A stretch of DNA of 64,000 nt from Negaprion brevirostris (Eukaryota). Shown piece by piece: positions 1-14,074 of this stretch. The translations under genes and the position numbers were made by a program. Under the pieces are notes generated by a model. It worked only from the letters and a program-made list of their open reading frames with translations. It ran no database searches and was not told the origin of the DNA. How positions within the stretch are numbered: the stretch's first letter is position 1; each line of letters starts with the position of its first letter. The stretch covers positions 40,793,275 to 40,857,274 of the forward strand of contig JARDVH010000115.1 in NCBI GenBank assembly GCA_030324005.1. Reading direction: 5' to 3'.

Positions 1-3000
1 TACAAGCCTATCAAAGTGACTTCCCCCTTCTTATTTCTCAGTTCTACCCATATAGACTCAGTGGCTGAACCCTCAGATATATCCCCTCTCAGTATGGCTG
101 TAATGTTTACCCTAATCAAAAGTGCAGCTCTCCCTCCTCTCTTACCTCCTGTTCTATCTTTCCGATAGCATCTGTACCCTGGAACATTGAGCTGCCAGTC
201 CTCTCCCTCCCTTAGCCATGTTTCAGTAATTGCTCTAATATCCCAGTTCATGTACCCAACCGTGCCCTGAGTTCATCTGCCTTGCCCGTCATTTCTATGC
301 TGGTAGCTCTTCACTTGGTCTCCTGCAGTTTCCGAAAAAGCTCAACACAGGTTTTAGGCAATAACATGCCATCATTTGATTAGATATTTTACAGCCTTGC
401 AGACTCAACGTTGAGTTCAAACATTTCAGATTAACCTCTGCCCTTATTTTGTTTCTTTTTGCTATGCAGGCTTTGCTTTCGTTTTCTGTTTGTTTTTGCT
501 TTCTGACGGCACATGTTCATTATCTGACATTCACACCTCCTTTAGACACACCTTTTCTGTTTTTCTTTTCCCATTACCACTCCCTTTGGCCTTGTATCAC
601 TAATACTTTTGTCATTTAATCTCTCCTGTCTTCAAATGCATTACTTTTGTTCTTTCTCCAGTTTTCCCCCTTTCACTTGCTTAAAATCCATTCCTTTTGT
701 AACCTGTCTCAATTCTGGAGAAAGGTAATTGACTTGAAATGTTAAGTCTGTGGGCTGGATTTTCCAGTTGAAGGCAGGAATCGGGAGACGGGATTAATTC
801 TGCTGTCACGATTTGCCTCCATCTGAACTGCCAGGAGGCAAGATTTTCCAGAAGCTAAGTGGCTTGGAGACAAATCTGCCACCTTGAGGCACAAATGGAA
901 GGGGGCTTCATTCAGAATGGGCAAGTTAAAAGGCCTGTCTTTGTTCCCAAAGAAACCTCACCCTAGGATGCATCTGATGCAATCGAAACTTCTGACCGCT
1001 TTAAACTCTCTCACTCCTTTACCCTATTCTTTTACCCCTCACTTTCTCCACACCAGCTTGACCCTTCACCACCTCGTTCCCACCCTACCTTTTTAGCTTC
1101 TCACTCTCCTGCCCTCATTCACTTAGTAAATAGAAATCTTAAATCTAAAGTAACAGTTGCAATTCATTGAATAGCCCATAAAACTTCCTGAGTAAACAAA
1201 CTGACTCTTCAAACCATCTGTATAAATAATATCAAACACTTGTAAAATAATTAGGCAGTTACATCGCAGCCACGAGCATTTAAAAATTCTCCAAGTAAGT
1301 AAATATGGTTCAGAACTGCTATCTCAAATGTTGTTTAGGCTGGATACCAAAAAAAAGGAAAAGATTAAATCTTTATCTGTTATCATACACGAGTAGTCTG
1401 AACTTTATTAACTCTTCTGAAAACTTATCCCCATTTACTATGTTGATACTTTACTTTGTACAGTATCAAACTTCAGAGTTAATGGTGTGAAATATGCACA
1501 GAGCTTTTGATTTTTACCCTTGCAGTTTAACTGAGCCATCTATTAGGTTGTTTCAAGCTTTGACAGTTGACTGAGCTTCTGGCTATCTTCAAAAACTTGA
1601 ATGTATTTGGCACAGGAGTTGACAGTTGTCAACCGAATCGCATCATAAGTGACTGAATTACAAATCAACTAATAATTCAGCTACCCGGGGTTGATTTATG
1701 CACTTGTTCAATGGAATCCCATTATGAATGCTTGGTTGACTTTCAAACCACCAATGGATTCTGTTTATCGGAGGTTTTGACACAGCCTGTCAAGGGAGAA
1801 ATGAGCTTGATTATTTAACACTTTTACGAGCTGTTAAGAGCAGCCTGGTTTTTAAAGTGTATATTAAATATTGTTTGTTCATTTTGACAAAATTATAGCC
1901 TCTTAGAAATCTTCCCAATATTATTATAAGGCTCATGGCTCCTTTTTATTGTGGATACTGGATGAGTGGATTGGGGTCATATGGGAGCCCGGGGGTGTTG
2001 GTGTGTATGGGGGTATTGTTGGGGTAAGAGGGTCAANNNNNNNNNNGGTCAAGGTTATGGGGCCTCATACTTATCTCCAGAACTGCACTGATGTCTCAGC
2101 GAATAGAGGCAGATCTTCCAACTTGGCTGCCTTGACTTTGGCCCACCTCCCTTTCTGGCTCCACCTTGGTGCTGGAGATGGCAGGCCAGACTCCTGCCTG
2201 CCCTCGACTCTCCACTACAGTTATAGTGTCAGAAGGTAGGATCGCAGCATTGGAAGATCTCCCAACTCCAGATTCCTGCCTCCAAGATGAAAATTCAATC
2301 CATAGTCTTGCACTTGGATTATAAACTTCACATATTCTTGTGATATCATGTTAAAGATGACTCACTCAGTTGAGGAAGAAGTAAGAGATGTAACTCAATG
2401 TTGAACTTACTTTTTAGACATCAACCTTTCGAACCAAAGTTCTAAATTCAGTTTAAGTCCCAAGTTATTGCATGAAAAATACAGCTTAAGAGTTTCTGCA
2501 TACCATTCTAAAGTGGTTGTTAGAAACCAGTAAGATTAAAATAGCTATCCCGTGGTGATAGAAATTGAATTGTATCAACTCTGAGTATACAATTCTTTTG
2601 CTTCTTATAGCACTAAATGTTATCTTAATTCATTGTCTTTCAATTTTATGGCTGTTTAAGAAAATCAACACAACTCATTGTGGTGAACAGTTTTCAGATT
2701 CCAGTTATTTTAATTGCAATTTATCTTCCAAACATAACTTCAAATGCAACACCTTCTATTTTAAGTTATTTTTCTCATATGTGGTGCAATTATACTTTTA
2801 TGGTGCGGTACAGTACTAACTATCTGTTCATTTTAGCCTGTGGATGCATGTTTTAGTTGCAAGTTCTCAAATCTCTGGAGCCCTTCTATTTTTCCGTGCA
2901 AAACACAGAATTTATGGCAAATATTTGAAAATGCGTTGCAATTGTAGGAAGGACATTTTGTCCACTGTGGGAATGACCAAAACATTCTATGATTTTATAA

Positions 3001-4046
3001 ATGCGCGGTGTTACAGGGATAGGGCCTGTGTAAGACACTCTGTCAGAGATTTGGTGCGGACTCAATGGGCCGAATGGCCTCCTGCGCTGTAGAGATTCTA
3101 TGATTCTGTTCCCATAGCTCATCATCAGCTGATAAGCTGGACATAACTTCCTGGGAATGCCAACAAAGAAATGATTCCTAAACTTAAATAATTCAGTCAC
3201 AGTCGCATTTGATCCAGCACATGCCAAAACCATTTGTTGTTTTCTGATTCATTTGCCTGCTCATCCTACTAATGCCCATACAGCAAAAATGCTAATAAGA
3301 AATGAGAGAAATCGCTATTGACAGAACCAAAGCTTGGATGTCTTTCCAAATACAGAAAGAAAAATCAAGCACACAAGTTTCCTTTATTTTCATAATTTTG
3401 AGTCCAACAGTTAAATTAATCAATGAACTCTCATTTAAAGGGGTTTGGTAAAGATAAATAAACAAAACTTTTTTGTTTGAAAGACTCCCTTAAGTGCCAT
3501 GCCTGGGTGTCCCCCTCGACTGCTTGCTGCCTGTTCTTCTTAATAGCCAATTTGGCCAGGCCCAGGAGCAGGCAAACAAGGAGATTCTTCACCCTTCCTG
3601 CCCCTTCTCCACTGTACTTCAAAATTTATAAAGAGACGTACTTGGGACACTGGGTGTGATTGAGGGAGAAAGCAAATATATGTAATGTTGCACTCTGCAA
3701 ATAAATCTAGTGTCAAATAAAAAGATTAGCTTTTGGTTTCCAACTTCACCACCTTGCTTATAAGTGATTTAACAGTTGTTGCTTCAGAATTCATCCGAGA
3801 TGTTTCAGACACACTTTTTTTTTTGTTTCATCGTGGCCAAAGATGAGGTGAGGCGCTAACTCTCAAATCAGGGAATGGGGCTGAAATCTCAGAAGACCCA
3901 TATGACCATGGAATCGGATTCCTCAATGCTGCAGAAATTGCAGGCAGCCTGGGAGTCTGTGATCCATCTTAATCTTCTATTGGACGAGTCTACCATGTGC
4001 AAAACAAAACTTGAAAGGAAACTTATCAAAATTAAATGAAACATTT

Positions 4047-4322
4047 GGGTGGCACAGTGGTTAGCACTGCTGCCTCACAGCACCAGGGGCTCTGGTTTAA
4101 TTCCGGCCTTGTGTGACTGTCTGTGTGAAGTTGTACATTGTACGTTCTCCCTATGTCTGCATGGGTTTCCCCCGGGTGCAAATTAGGTTGATTGGCTAAA
4201 TTGACCTTTAGCATCAGGGGGCCTAGCAGGGTAAATATGTGGGGTTACAGGGGTTGTTGTCAGTGCAAGCTTGACGTGCTGAATGGTGGCCTCCTAACTG
4301 TAGGGATTCTATGAATCTATGA
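4047..4322 (+). mobile_element. HE1-like tRNA-derived SINE
   Basis: ggtggcacagtggttagcactgctgcctcacag head with A/B-box-like motifs, a conserved core, and a CR1-like tail ending attctatg. Confidence 0.85.
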
Positions 4323-6649
4323 TAGTTTTTGGGATTAATGGTGCACTTCAGTCCTTGTGGTGNNNNNNNNNNACTGTCACAGAAATCCTCAAGCATAGTG
4401 GTGGAAATTGCATGCTCCTTCTCCATGGACACCTGGGCGCAAAGATAACCATGGAAAAGAGTCAAACTCTCAGGTTAAATGACACCCCCCCCTCACAACC
4501 ACCAGCTGCTTGGTTGTGTGTGTGGCCATTGTCGAATGGCAGGGTGTCCAGACGTTGACAAGGGTGAGCAGATGAAGGTTGTGCAGCCAGACCCATACAG
4601 GAAATCCTTTGGCACAGAATGGAATGGCAGGAAGAGGATTTCCATCAGACAGCTCAAATTGGGGAGCTGGGGTGCCTCTCTTCGTGTGTTCTCAAGATAC
4701 TTAACTAATCAATACCCTCCACTTNNNNNNNNNNTTAACAATACAATTAATGTAACATTAACAACAACAGGCCAAATACTATAAGTTGAAAGGGGAAATG
4801 AAAAGGGAACATAAGACTGACAAAGAGGGAATGGAGATAGACTGGCTGTTAGCATAAAAGAGAGCCCAAAAATCATTTACTGGCATGTAAATAGGAAGCA
4901 GCTAGTCAAAGGCATGTTGCAGCCTATTCAGAACAAAAAAGGTGATATATGATTAGAGATGCAGGAAAAGGCTAGAAAAATTCATTCATACTTTGTCTTC
5001 CAAGTAAGGATTGATACAATGCTGACAAAATATCAGGAGGAAGAAAGTTGATAGGAAGGATGTACAGGAAAACCTGGTAATGCTTAGAATGGATAAGTGC
5101 CGTGGTTTGAATGGTTTGCAGCCCAGGTTGATAAAAGAAGTGGGGGTGGAGATAGTGGAAAGGCTTGTCATAATCTTCCAGTATTCCCTAAAAATGGGAG
5201 AAATGGTTGATGTAAAATTTTAACCCATTACTTGCAGAGGATTGGTTGTGACAATGAAAATTCAGTTATAAAGCAGCTTTGTTAAGAGAAGAGGCAAATC
5301 TTATATATCTAAAGTAAAGTTTAGGCAGCAATTTCCAGAACAATGCAAGCAGTGTATTTCCCATGTTAGCAGCTGGATGGAGGAGCACACTTCATTTGTT
5401 GTTTTCTGTTGCCTTGCATATTTTTCAGGTTTCTGATTTTTTGTTCTCGTCTTTTGTCTTCTTTCTTCTGTTTCTTCTCTGACTGCACAAAATCTGGTCA
5501 GAGTCTCCCCTTAAACTGGCATTTCTCCAGCAGACTCCCCTGAGGCTGCCAATTAGAACCATCCCTGTAAATTCCACTCTCCAAGCATGCCATTCTTGTC
5601 CAATCGCAGATGTGCTGATCTGAACAGCATCCTCATGCGCACACCCATCTTCCTCAGTGATTACACACTGCCTCTGAAATTCCAGTGTCTCACAATTCTA
5701 ATTTAGTACAAGCAGGTTCAAGGCATATCAATTTCTCATCGTTGCTTCGCTTTGTAGGTCGGACAAACAGCCAGAAATACATAATTCTTATATGAAAGTA
5801 GCAAAGATGATATCCTTAAGGAAGGGTGTAAGGGCTGTCCAAAACAAAAAATAAAAACAGAAAATGCAATGTGGAGGAGACCACATTGCGAATAGCGAAT
5901 ACAGTATAGTAAATTGAAAGAACTAAAAGTAAATCCAACTTAGTCAACCCTGATTTACTTGCAGTTCTTTAAATTTAGTACACTATATTTACTTCTCGTG
6001 CTGTGGTCTCTGCAACATTTGGGGTGACCTCTTTGCAAAACACTGCCTTTCAGTCTGCAAGCATAACCTTGAATTGATTGTCATTTGAATTCTACACCTT
6101 GCTCTGACTCTGACCTTTGTTTCTGGCCTGCTGCAATTTTCTAATAAAGCTCAAGGCAAGCTTAAGGAACAGCATTTCATCTTCGACTCCACACTCTACC
6201 GCCTTCAGAACATGACATTGAAGACACCAAATATTAGATAATAACCTCTGCTAACCTTTGTTTAATTTTTAATTTTTCTCATTTCCATTATTTCTTCGCT
6301 CTGCATTCAAATTATTGCTATCCAGCCATTCACACCTCATCTGGACACATCTTTTCTTCCTTCACCTGTTCATAACCACTCCCTTTGGCTTTTGTACCAT
6401 GAAATCTCTTGTCAATTTAACCTCTCCTGCCTTCTGCTCATTACAGCCCTTTCCTCTTGTTCTTGTTTTCACTTGTTCAAAGCTAGTGGCATTTCTGTCT
6501 GTCCTCCGTTCTGACAAAGGGTAATTGACCTGAAACATTAACTCTGTTTCTCTCCACAGATGCTGCCTGACCTGCTGAATATTTCCAGTGTTTCTATTTT
6601 TATGTTAGGTTTCCAACGTCTGCTACATCTTGCTTTTGTCTTAGACTGT

Positions 6650-7710
6650 AGGCTGGTCAGATACAGTAGTCAAGGATGATGTTTTAGAAGGAATAAGGAG
6701 GAAAAAAATATTCAATGGGCATTCTTGAGGTTTGAGTTAATTAAGGATATCCAGCATAGATTTGTAAAGTCAGGTTGTGCTTGACAATTCTAATTGAATT
6801 ATTTGATGAAGTGACAGAGAAGACTGATTAACTGAATGCAGTGGATGCTGTCTATATTAAGAAGATGTTTGACAAAGTACTACCCAAAAGACTGGTTAAT
6901 AAAATTGAGGCTGATTTAATAGGAAGATGGGTATCAGCTTGAATACAAAAGCAACTTAAGGACAATTGTAAATGGTTGTTTTTTGGATTGAAGGATGAGG
7001 GAGGGTAGTATGTCAATCAACTATAACAGGACATGGTAGGCTAGCAGAATGAACAGGCAAGTGACAGATAATATATTTTGGCAGAAAGGTTAGGGAGAGG
7101 CAATATAAACTGGGCAGCACAGTTATAAAGAGTTTACTGGGTCAGAGAGAATTGAGGGTCCATGCGCATAGATCTTTGAAAGTGGCAGACTTTGAGAGTT
7201 AGCAAAGCATTTGGGATCTTTGGCTCCACGAATGGAGGTGTTGAGTACAAAAGGGGAAAATTTTGCTGATTCTTTATAAAGTCCTGGCAATGCCACAACT
7301 AAAATATTGTGTTCAACTCTGGTCATCACACTTCAAGAAAGTTGAAAAAATCTTCGGAGGGTGCAGAGGTGTACCAGAATAATTTAAGGATGACAGATTT
7401 TAGCTACAACATTATGTTGGGTTGTAGCAAAGGAGATTGAGGGGCAAATTGCTCAAGATGAACCATGATGTGACAGGTTTAGATAAGGTCAATAAAGAGA
7501 TGTTCCCGTTAACTTATAGTACAATGACTAGCGGACACAGATTTGTGCAGGAAATGCTGGGGGAATGGCACGTAGTACTTTTTTTACATAGTGAGTAGTA
7601 ATGAACTGGAAATCACTGCCTATAGGAGTGGTGGAAGTAGAGGCGATTAATAATTTAAAAAATAATTGGATGATCCTTGAGGGAAGTAGTCCTGCAAGGC
7701 TACAGGAGTA
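6650..7710 (+). mobile_element. CR1-like LINE 3' fragment (related pieces at 1-290, 4790-5200, 14560-14800, 40800-41220, 42480-42780, 55990-56300, 59750-60095)
   Basis: Degenerate CR1 ORF2 motifs (QHRFVK.GCA..NLIE.F..VT; LY...RPxLEYCVQ.W). Confidence 0.7.
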
Positions 7711-7719
7711 GAGTGGAGG

Positions 7720-8230
7720 AATAAAAGCAAAATAATGTGAATGCTGGAATCTGAAAAAAGGACAGAAAATGCTGGAAAATCTCAGCAAGTCTGACAGAAT
7801 CTGTGGGGAGAGATTAGAGTCAACGTTTCAAATCTAGATGACCCTTCATCAGAACTAAGAGCAAAGCAAATCAGCAGAGAGTTATACAATTTGGGGGCAG
7901 GTGAGAGGGTGTGGAATTGGACAAAGGGAATGTAAATGAGGATGCAGAAGGCTAAGAAGATGCTAAGAGTGTCCATTAAGTGATCAGAATGCGAGAATGG
8001 CAGAACAGAGATACAGATTGTTAAAGGACTGCCTGAAGAATGTGACAGTTGTACTGAAGTGGGAGAGAGGCTGTGGAAAGAAGGAGAGCTGGAATGGAGA
8101 AGTGGAAAAATAAAAGTGGAAAAGAAGAATGATAAAATGGATGAATGGGATGAAATGAAATGGAATAAAATAAATGGAAGTGAGGTGAAGGTGGAGGAGA
8201 GAGTTCATCCTCTGCAGTTGGAGTGGAGGA
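7720..8230 (-). mobile_element. Second PLE family 3' region (related copies at 290-750, 5950-6640, 24760-24875, 55505-55675)
   Basis: Shared ending ...tctccacagatgctgcctgacctgctg...tttccag with a hammerhead-like motif and a pyrimidine-rich 3' region. Confidence 0.55.
7818..7856 (-). ncRNA. Minimal hammerhead motif of a second PLE family
   Basis: Minus strand reads AGUU-CUGAUGA-A-GGGUC(AUCUA)GAUUU-GAAA-CGUU-GACU. Confidence 0.6.
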
Positions 8231-11200
8231 ATGGTTTGCTCTACAGAGAGCCAACATGGACTTGATGGGTGAATGGTGTCCTTCTGTGCCGTTATTAACT
8301 CAATCCCCCATTCTTCCTTCAGAATTATTTTAAAAATCCACCTAAGTCTTTGGTCTCACTTCCATTGGATTTTCTTATACACTTGACATCCGTTTTTCTT
8401 CATGTCTCTGAATTTCCTTAAGGCATTTTGTAAAATAAAAGAACAGCATGGATGAAACTTGTTGCAAATATGACTGGGCATGATTTTATCTATCCAATGT
8501 GCTCTGTAGTCTCCAAGTTCAAGCTAATTACTAAATTCTTGGTGAGCTTCCGGCATGTTAAACACCTCTGGGAACTCATTATGTTGGGGGTAGGAACTAA
8601 TGTGTTGCCACAGGATTTAAGTGGCCTACTGTAGCTTAAAGGGTATTCTACATCCAAAATTATTAAGGAACAGATTAAAAAGCTGTTCAATTATAGGGAG
8701 GGCCTGCAGGAGCGCAGAGTCCCATAAAACATTGATAAAGCCACCAAAGAGCTTCTGCAAGAGACAGGGTGAATGAAGGAGGCAGGTCTCCAATCAGAGC
8801 AGAACTGAAAGGGTAACAGGAATGACCAAGACAATGCAAGTAATTATGACCAATTCTTGCATGGCACTTGGTGCCAGAAAATATTTTAATGACTTTACCG
8901 GGGCAGAAAGGTCAGAAGTGCCAGATTGGAGAGGCCTGCTTCTTTGAACTTCCACATAAATTGGGCTGGGTGTAGACAGGTATTTCATAGCGCTGCACTG
9001 AACTCATTAGTACCTTTAGCTCTGCCTGCACACAGATCAATGGTCAAACTGAGAGTATGCCCAGTAGTTGACATATCAAAAATGGCAACATATAGCCAGG
9101 TGTCATTTTAATTGCCTAAATATTTGACTGAAAGGGGGAAGGGTCCGACTCCCCATTTAACAGCAGTCTAAAGCAGAGGCATATCAGAATTTAGCTTCCC
9201 CAAATAAAAGGTGCAGCAGTCCCATGATACTCTATGGAAATTTAGTAATACTCTTGCCACTTGGGTGGTATCGCACACAGGTATCAAGGTTAATATAGAA
9301 AAACTAGCTGCACAGGAAATAATGGTTATAATTAAAAATATTATAGTAAATCTTCTGCATGCAGACATAGTTCTCTGCTTTTTATAATAGTTTCATCAAA
9401 TAACATGATGGGAGTTGGACGCGTACAGAAGGGAATGTGAATGACATCACACTTAAGGGAATTAAGTAAATTGGCACAAGATTTAAGAATGATATTGTGA
9501 TCAAGGAATTATTTCTTATCTGAGTTTAGGCTGAATGTATCTTGAAGGTGGCAAGAGGCTCCAGACTGTAACTGTTGCTCATGCACTGATTGGAATTGTT
9601 ATCTCTCTAGGAAACACAATGTTGTGTAACATGTAGCAGACAACCATGATCCTTGAGACTTCTGTTGGATTGTATTGCAGGAGGCCCCCATGTTGCTTCA
9701 TGTATTTAAAATATGCCATCTGAGTGGTGCCTCACTTTGATGAATGAACCTCATTATAATGCTGCTCAGTTGGAATCCTTGGAAAACACTCAAGTGGCAT
9801 CGACCAAGACTNNNNNNNNNNATCCACCTGGAAACATGTTTCCCTGATGTAAAAGTTGGCCACTCCCAAGGAAGCTTGCTGCTGGTTGCAGTTGACTTGC
9901 ACATTGAGAGAGTGGAATATGTTCCTGTTGGACATTGAATGAAGTATTTAAAACCATGGAGATGCAAATTATGAATCCTTGGACCTTGGTTTTTTTTTAC
10001 ATGGTCAGTTTTCATTACCCAATCATGCTTGTGTTGACTGTCCAGAGGAAAGCTGATGAATTTGCTAGTTCCAGAAATCCTTGACTGACTTGCCTCTGTC
10101 TATACTGCATTGTATTACAGATATCCAAAGTGGATGTCCAGAATTATCCTGTCACATAGGGCAGAATTCCCCTACTGGTGGGATCAATTGCGGGCAGGGA
10201 GGTGGGGCAAGAATTCTGCAGGATATCCAACAATTGGTTTGAAGCTGTCATGAAATTGCAACAGTATCTCCTCATGTCTGCCACAGTGGATTGGAAATCC
10301 CACTGGAGACCTGTGTCAAATCAATTTACATCTCGCTAATGAGAATGATTAGAATCTTCTCCCTACACCCGATTCTTCATAATGCCACTGGAAGAATATG
10401 CCTTTTCCAGACCAGAAACAAAAATTGGGACTTGCCTGAAGAAGAAAAAGTTGGGACTTACCTGAAGGCTGCTTCTGGAGTTCAGGATGGAGGCTGCTGG
10501 TGATCCTGGACTCTGCAATACTGCAATAGTGGGTCACAGCAGCACCTATCAGGTGCCTCTTCCAGCTTCAGTATCTTTGAGGAAATCCATCTTCTTCCTT
10601 CAACAGTGAGTTAGTGACCTTTTAAATATGGCACCTGATATGACAGTGAAACACGTGCCATTAAGCCTGCCCCGCCATACAAGATGATGCAAACACCCAG
10701 ATGCATAATTAATTATGCCAGGTCCTGATTTTTGTAACTTTAACAGCAACGTGGAGGTGAACTTAATGTCTGCTCATTCCAAAATCTAACTGCTTCCTTT
10801 GGAAATTTGCTGCATTTGCTGCTTTGTTCAGTGCAGATAAAATTGCCTCTTTTTGTTTACTTGTTTAGGGACAAAGGCAGTTCTTTGTGTCCGTGACAGA
10901 GTTCCACCGGGTCAGCATCTGTCCATTACTCCTGGTCTTCCAAGATACAGCAACAGAGAGGAATTTCCGATGGGCATTCCTTTATCCATTTTATCTTTGA
11001 AAGGGAAAACACTGGGGGTATAGATGGTAGTGGTTCAACTAATGTTACAAAGACAGATGATAAAGTGGACGACAGCAAAAATAGCAATGGAAATAATATT
11101 AACTATAGTTTTAACAGCACCTGTAAATTGAACCCACCTGCTAGTATCCCCATCCAAATATATAGGCAAAGGCTCTCTTTTCTCCATTTAACTTTTAAGG

Positions 11201-12214
11201 TTAGATGGTTTAAATCCACCTTTAGAATAGTGCACTGGAAACTTGGATGTCTTTTTTATACTGGCATGATCATGACAGTGGAAAAGAAGTTGNNNNNNNN
11301 NNNNNNNNNNNNNNNNNNNNNNNNNNNNNNNNNNNNNNNNNNNNNNNNNNNNNNNNNNNNNNNNNNNNNNNNNNNNNNNNNNNNNNNNNNNNNNNNNNNN
11401 NNNNNNNNNNNNNNNNNNNNNNNNNNNNNNNNNNNNNNNNNNNNNNNNNNNNNNNNNNNNNNNNNNNNNNNNNNNNNNNNNNNNNNNNNNNNNNNNNNNN
11501 NNNNNNNNNNNNNNNNNNNNNNNNNNNNNNNNNNNNNNNNNNNNNNNNNNNNNNNNNNNNNNNNNNNNNNNNNNNNNNNNNNNNNNNNNNNNNNNNNAAC
11601 CTCCATCTGTTAAGATAAATGATTGGTGTACCTGCTGGAACTTCTGGTGCTCACTCTAGAATCGTTGAGATTAGGTTGAAGCTGAAAACACACCAGTGTG
11701 TAAGCCAGTAATACAGAATATAAAATGTTCCTTTTTTTTGATGGCCCTGCTTTTTGAATAGCACAGTATTATGGGTGCCAATCTAAATAGGAAATAACTT
11801 TAATGAGATTGAAGACATGCCATTTGGCAAAATTCATCCTTGCAGCGTTTAGATTTTCAACTCAGATGGATTGGTGAGGAATTTATATACTTGGAAATAA
11901 TCTGAATTTTAATGGAAAAATGTACAATCAACCAAATCAAACATCCAGCCAACTCATCCTAGATTTGAACTGTTTATATTAAGATTTCCTAAAAGTGGTT
12001 GAGTCCCCAGTATACGTTATTACTTCTGAGCTAAGTACATACATAATATGTGGATGTTGTTTTCCCATTTGGCTGATTACTCCTGGTCATTAAAGGATCA
12101 CATTTCTTTTCTATTTATTCACTCTCATGATGTGGGCACCACTGACAAGTTGAGCATTTATTGCCCATCCCTAATTTCCCACAAGAAGGTGGTGGTGAGC
12201 TGCCGCCTTGAACT

Positions 12215-12660
12215 GCAGTAAGAAGTCTCACAACACCAGGTTAAAGTCCAACAGGTTTATTTGGTAGCAAACACTACTAGCTTTCGGGGCTCTGCCCCTT
12301 CTTCAGGTGAGTGAGGAGTTCTGATCACAAACAGGGCATATCAAGGCACACATTCAGTTTACAGAATACTGATTAGAATGTGAGTCTTCACAGCTAATCA
12401 AGTCTTAAAGGTGCAGATGATGTGAGTGGAGATAGCATTAAGCATAAGTTAAAGAGATGTGTATTGTCCCCAGACCTTAAACTGTGTGTATCCCTTTATA
12501 TTGCCCTGTTTGTGATCAGAACTCCCCACTCAACTCACGAAGGGGCAGAGCCTCAAAAGCTAGTGGTGTTTGCTACCAAATAAACCTGTTGGATTTTAAC
12601 TGGTACTGTGAGACTTCTTATTGTGTTTACCCCAGTCCAATACCGGCATCTCCACATCAC
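12215..12660. mobile_element. Penelope-like element with inverted terminal-repeat arrangement
   Basis: 12217-12340 is an inverted match to 12500-12622. Same family as 38886. It interrupts a LINE-end repeat, with ttgaactgc on both sides. Confidence 0.75.
12275..12311 (-). ncRNA. Minimal hammerhead ribozyme motif
   Basis: Minus strand reads CUCAC-CUGAAGA-A-GGGGC(AGA)GCCCC-GAAA-GCUA-GUA; stem I is weakened. Confidence 0.62.
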
Positions 12661-14074
12661 TTGTTGAACTGCTGCAGCTCACATGATGAAGATGCACCTA
12701 CAGCACTGTTAGGAAGGGAATCCCATGCCATGAGATATCCCCAAAATGTTAGTGAGGAGGACTTTGCAAAGTTGAATGGGTTGGGTGTGCCATTGTTGTA
12801 GCTGATGCCCAGGTCAGTACTAGATGATTCACCTGATTTTATTCATATTGTTTCTTGAATTGGTTAAATATAAGTGAGACGCTGCTTCAGAAAGTAGTTA
12901 AGCATCAATCACACTACTGTAGGTCTGGAGTCACACATAAGCCAAACCAGGTATGGGCATTAATGAATCAGACATGTTTCTATACCAGTTTGATAGTTTT
13001 ACTTATATGACCTTTTTATTCCAAGTTTTATTTAATTAACTGAATTTCAATTCTGCAGAACTCCTGCCTCTGCATTTTAATTCAAGACTCTAGATCACTA
13101 GCTCAGTGTCATAAGCAATATGCTACTGTACCTATTACATTGTTACCCATTATCTAGCTAGTGCCTCACTTTAAGGTATAATGGAATTTTCATCCAAAAA
13201 TAATACATGAGTGCAATTCTTGAAATTTTGGGATTTCACTGAAATGTGGAGGAGTCTTATTCAGTCTTTTTGGATGCACTTGTGCTTTACTATCCAATCC
13301 TAACAATTGAGATATAGGGATAGATGAAAGGAGAAAATCATGCAATCCAACACAAAACACTGCATAGAGCTTAAGATTTTGAATGAAACAAATAAGTATT
13401 TTGGAAAGCGACGGGGTTGGCATTTGAATATATTCAGCATTTTTGTATATAAAATATTGTCAGAAAGGGATGCATACCACCATTGTTAAAATTAATAATC
13501 ATTTGGTTCCGATAGTTTTCATTCTGGATTTATCTTCTTCATGAACGTCTCTCTCATAAGCAACTACAAATGATGTTTTCAGATTGTAGAAGCATTGTGC
13601 TTGAAGATAAATACTGTCTATGCAGATGAGTTTGCTGTGGGATACCATAATTCTGGAGTACGTAACAAATTTTAGATTTATTTTAGACACTGAAATCCCT
13701 TATAGCTCTATTTTGTATTCAAGTTGGAGTGGTCACTTTGGTTAGTGGAATTATGAATGCTGTCTTGGAATTAAGAAAACTGTTTAATAGACAAAGAATA
13801 TTCACTCTAGATGTTGCTATGATTTTTAATAGATGAAGTGTGTTAGAGATATTGATGTCACTTTATCATTCTCTGTCAATTTGTGCTTTTTTCTGAAAGC
13901 TGTTTCTGCAATACACACATTTGGAATTTGAATGTCAGTTTGAAATTGAACTTGCTAAGTCACCTCTGTTAACCGACTTGTAATACGATATAAAATTTGT
14001 ATACTTAGTTAATACATTAAAATACATGTCATATGATTTATTTGGGGTCAGATGCCACATCCAGCCATGAATGG

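Noticed and set aside
2844-3092. FYDFINA as the missing upstream TALPID3 exon (YSLINAL)
   Set aside because: The surrounding residues do not match, the sequence runs into a SINE tail, and there is no suitable donor.
4047-4120. tRNA gene
   Set aside because: It is a tRNA-derived SINE head repeated many times in the window, not a full cloverleaf.
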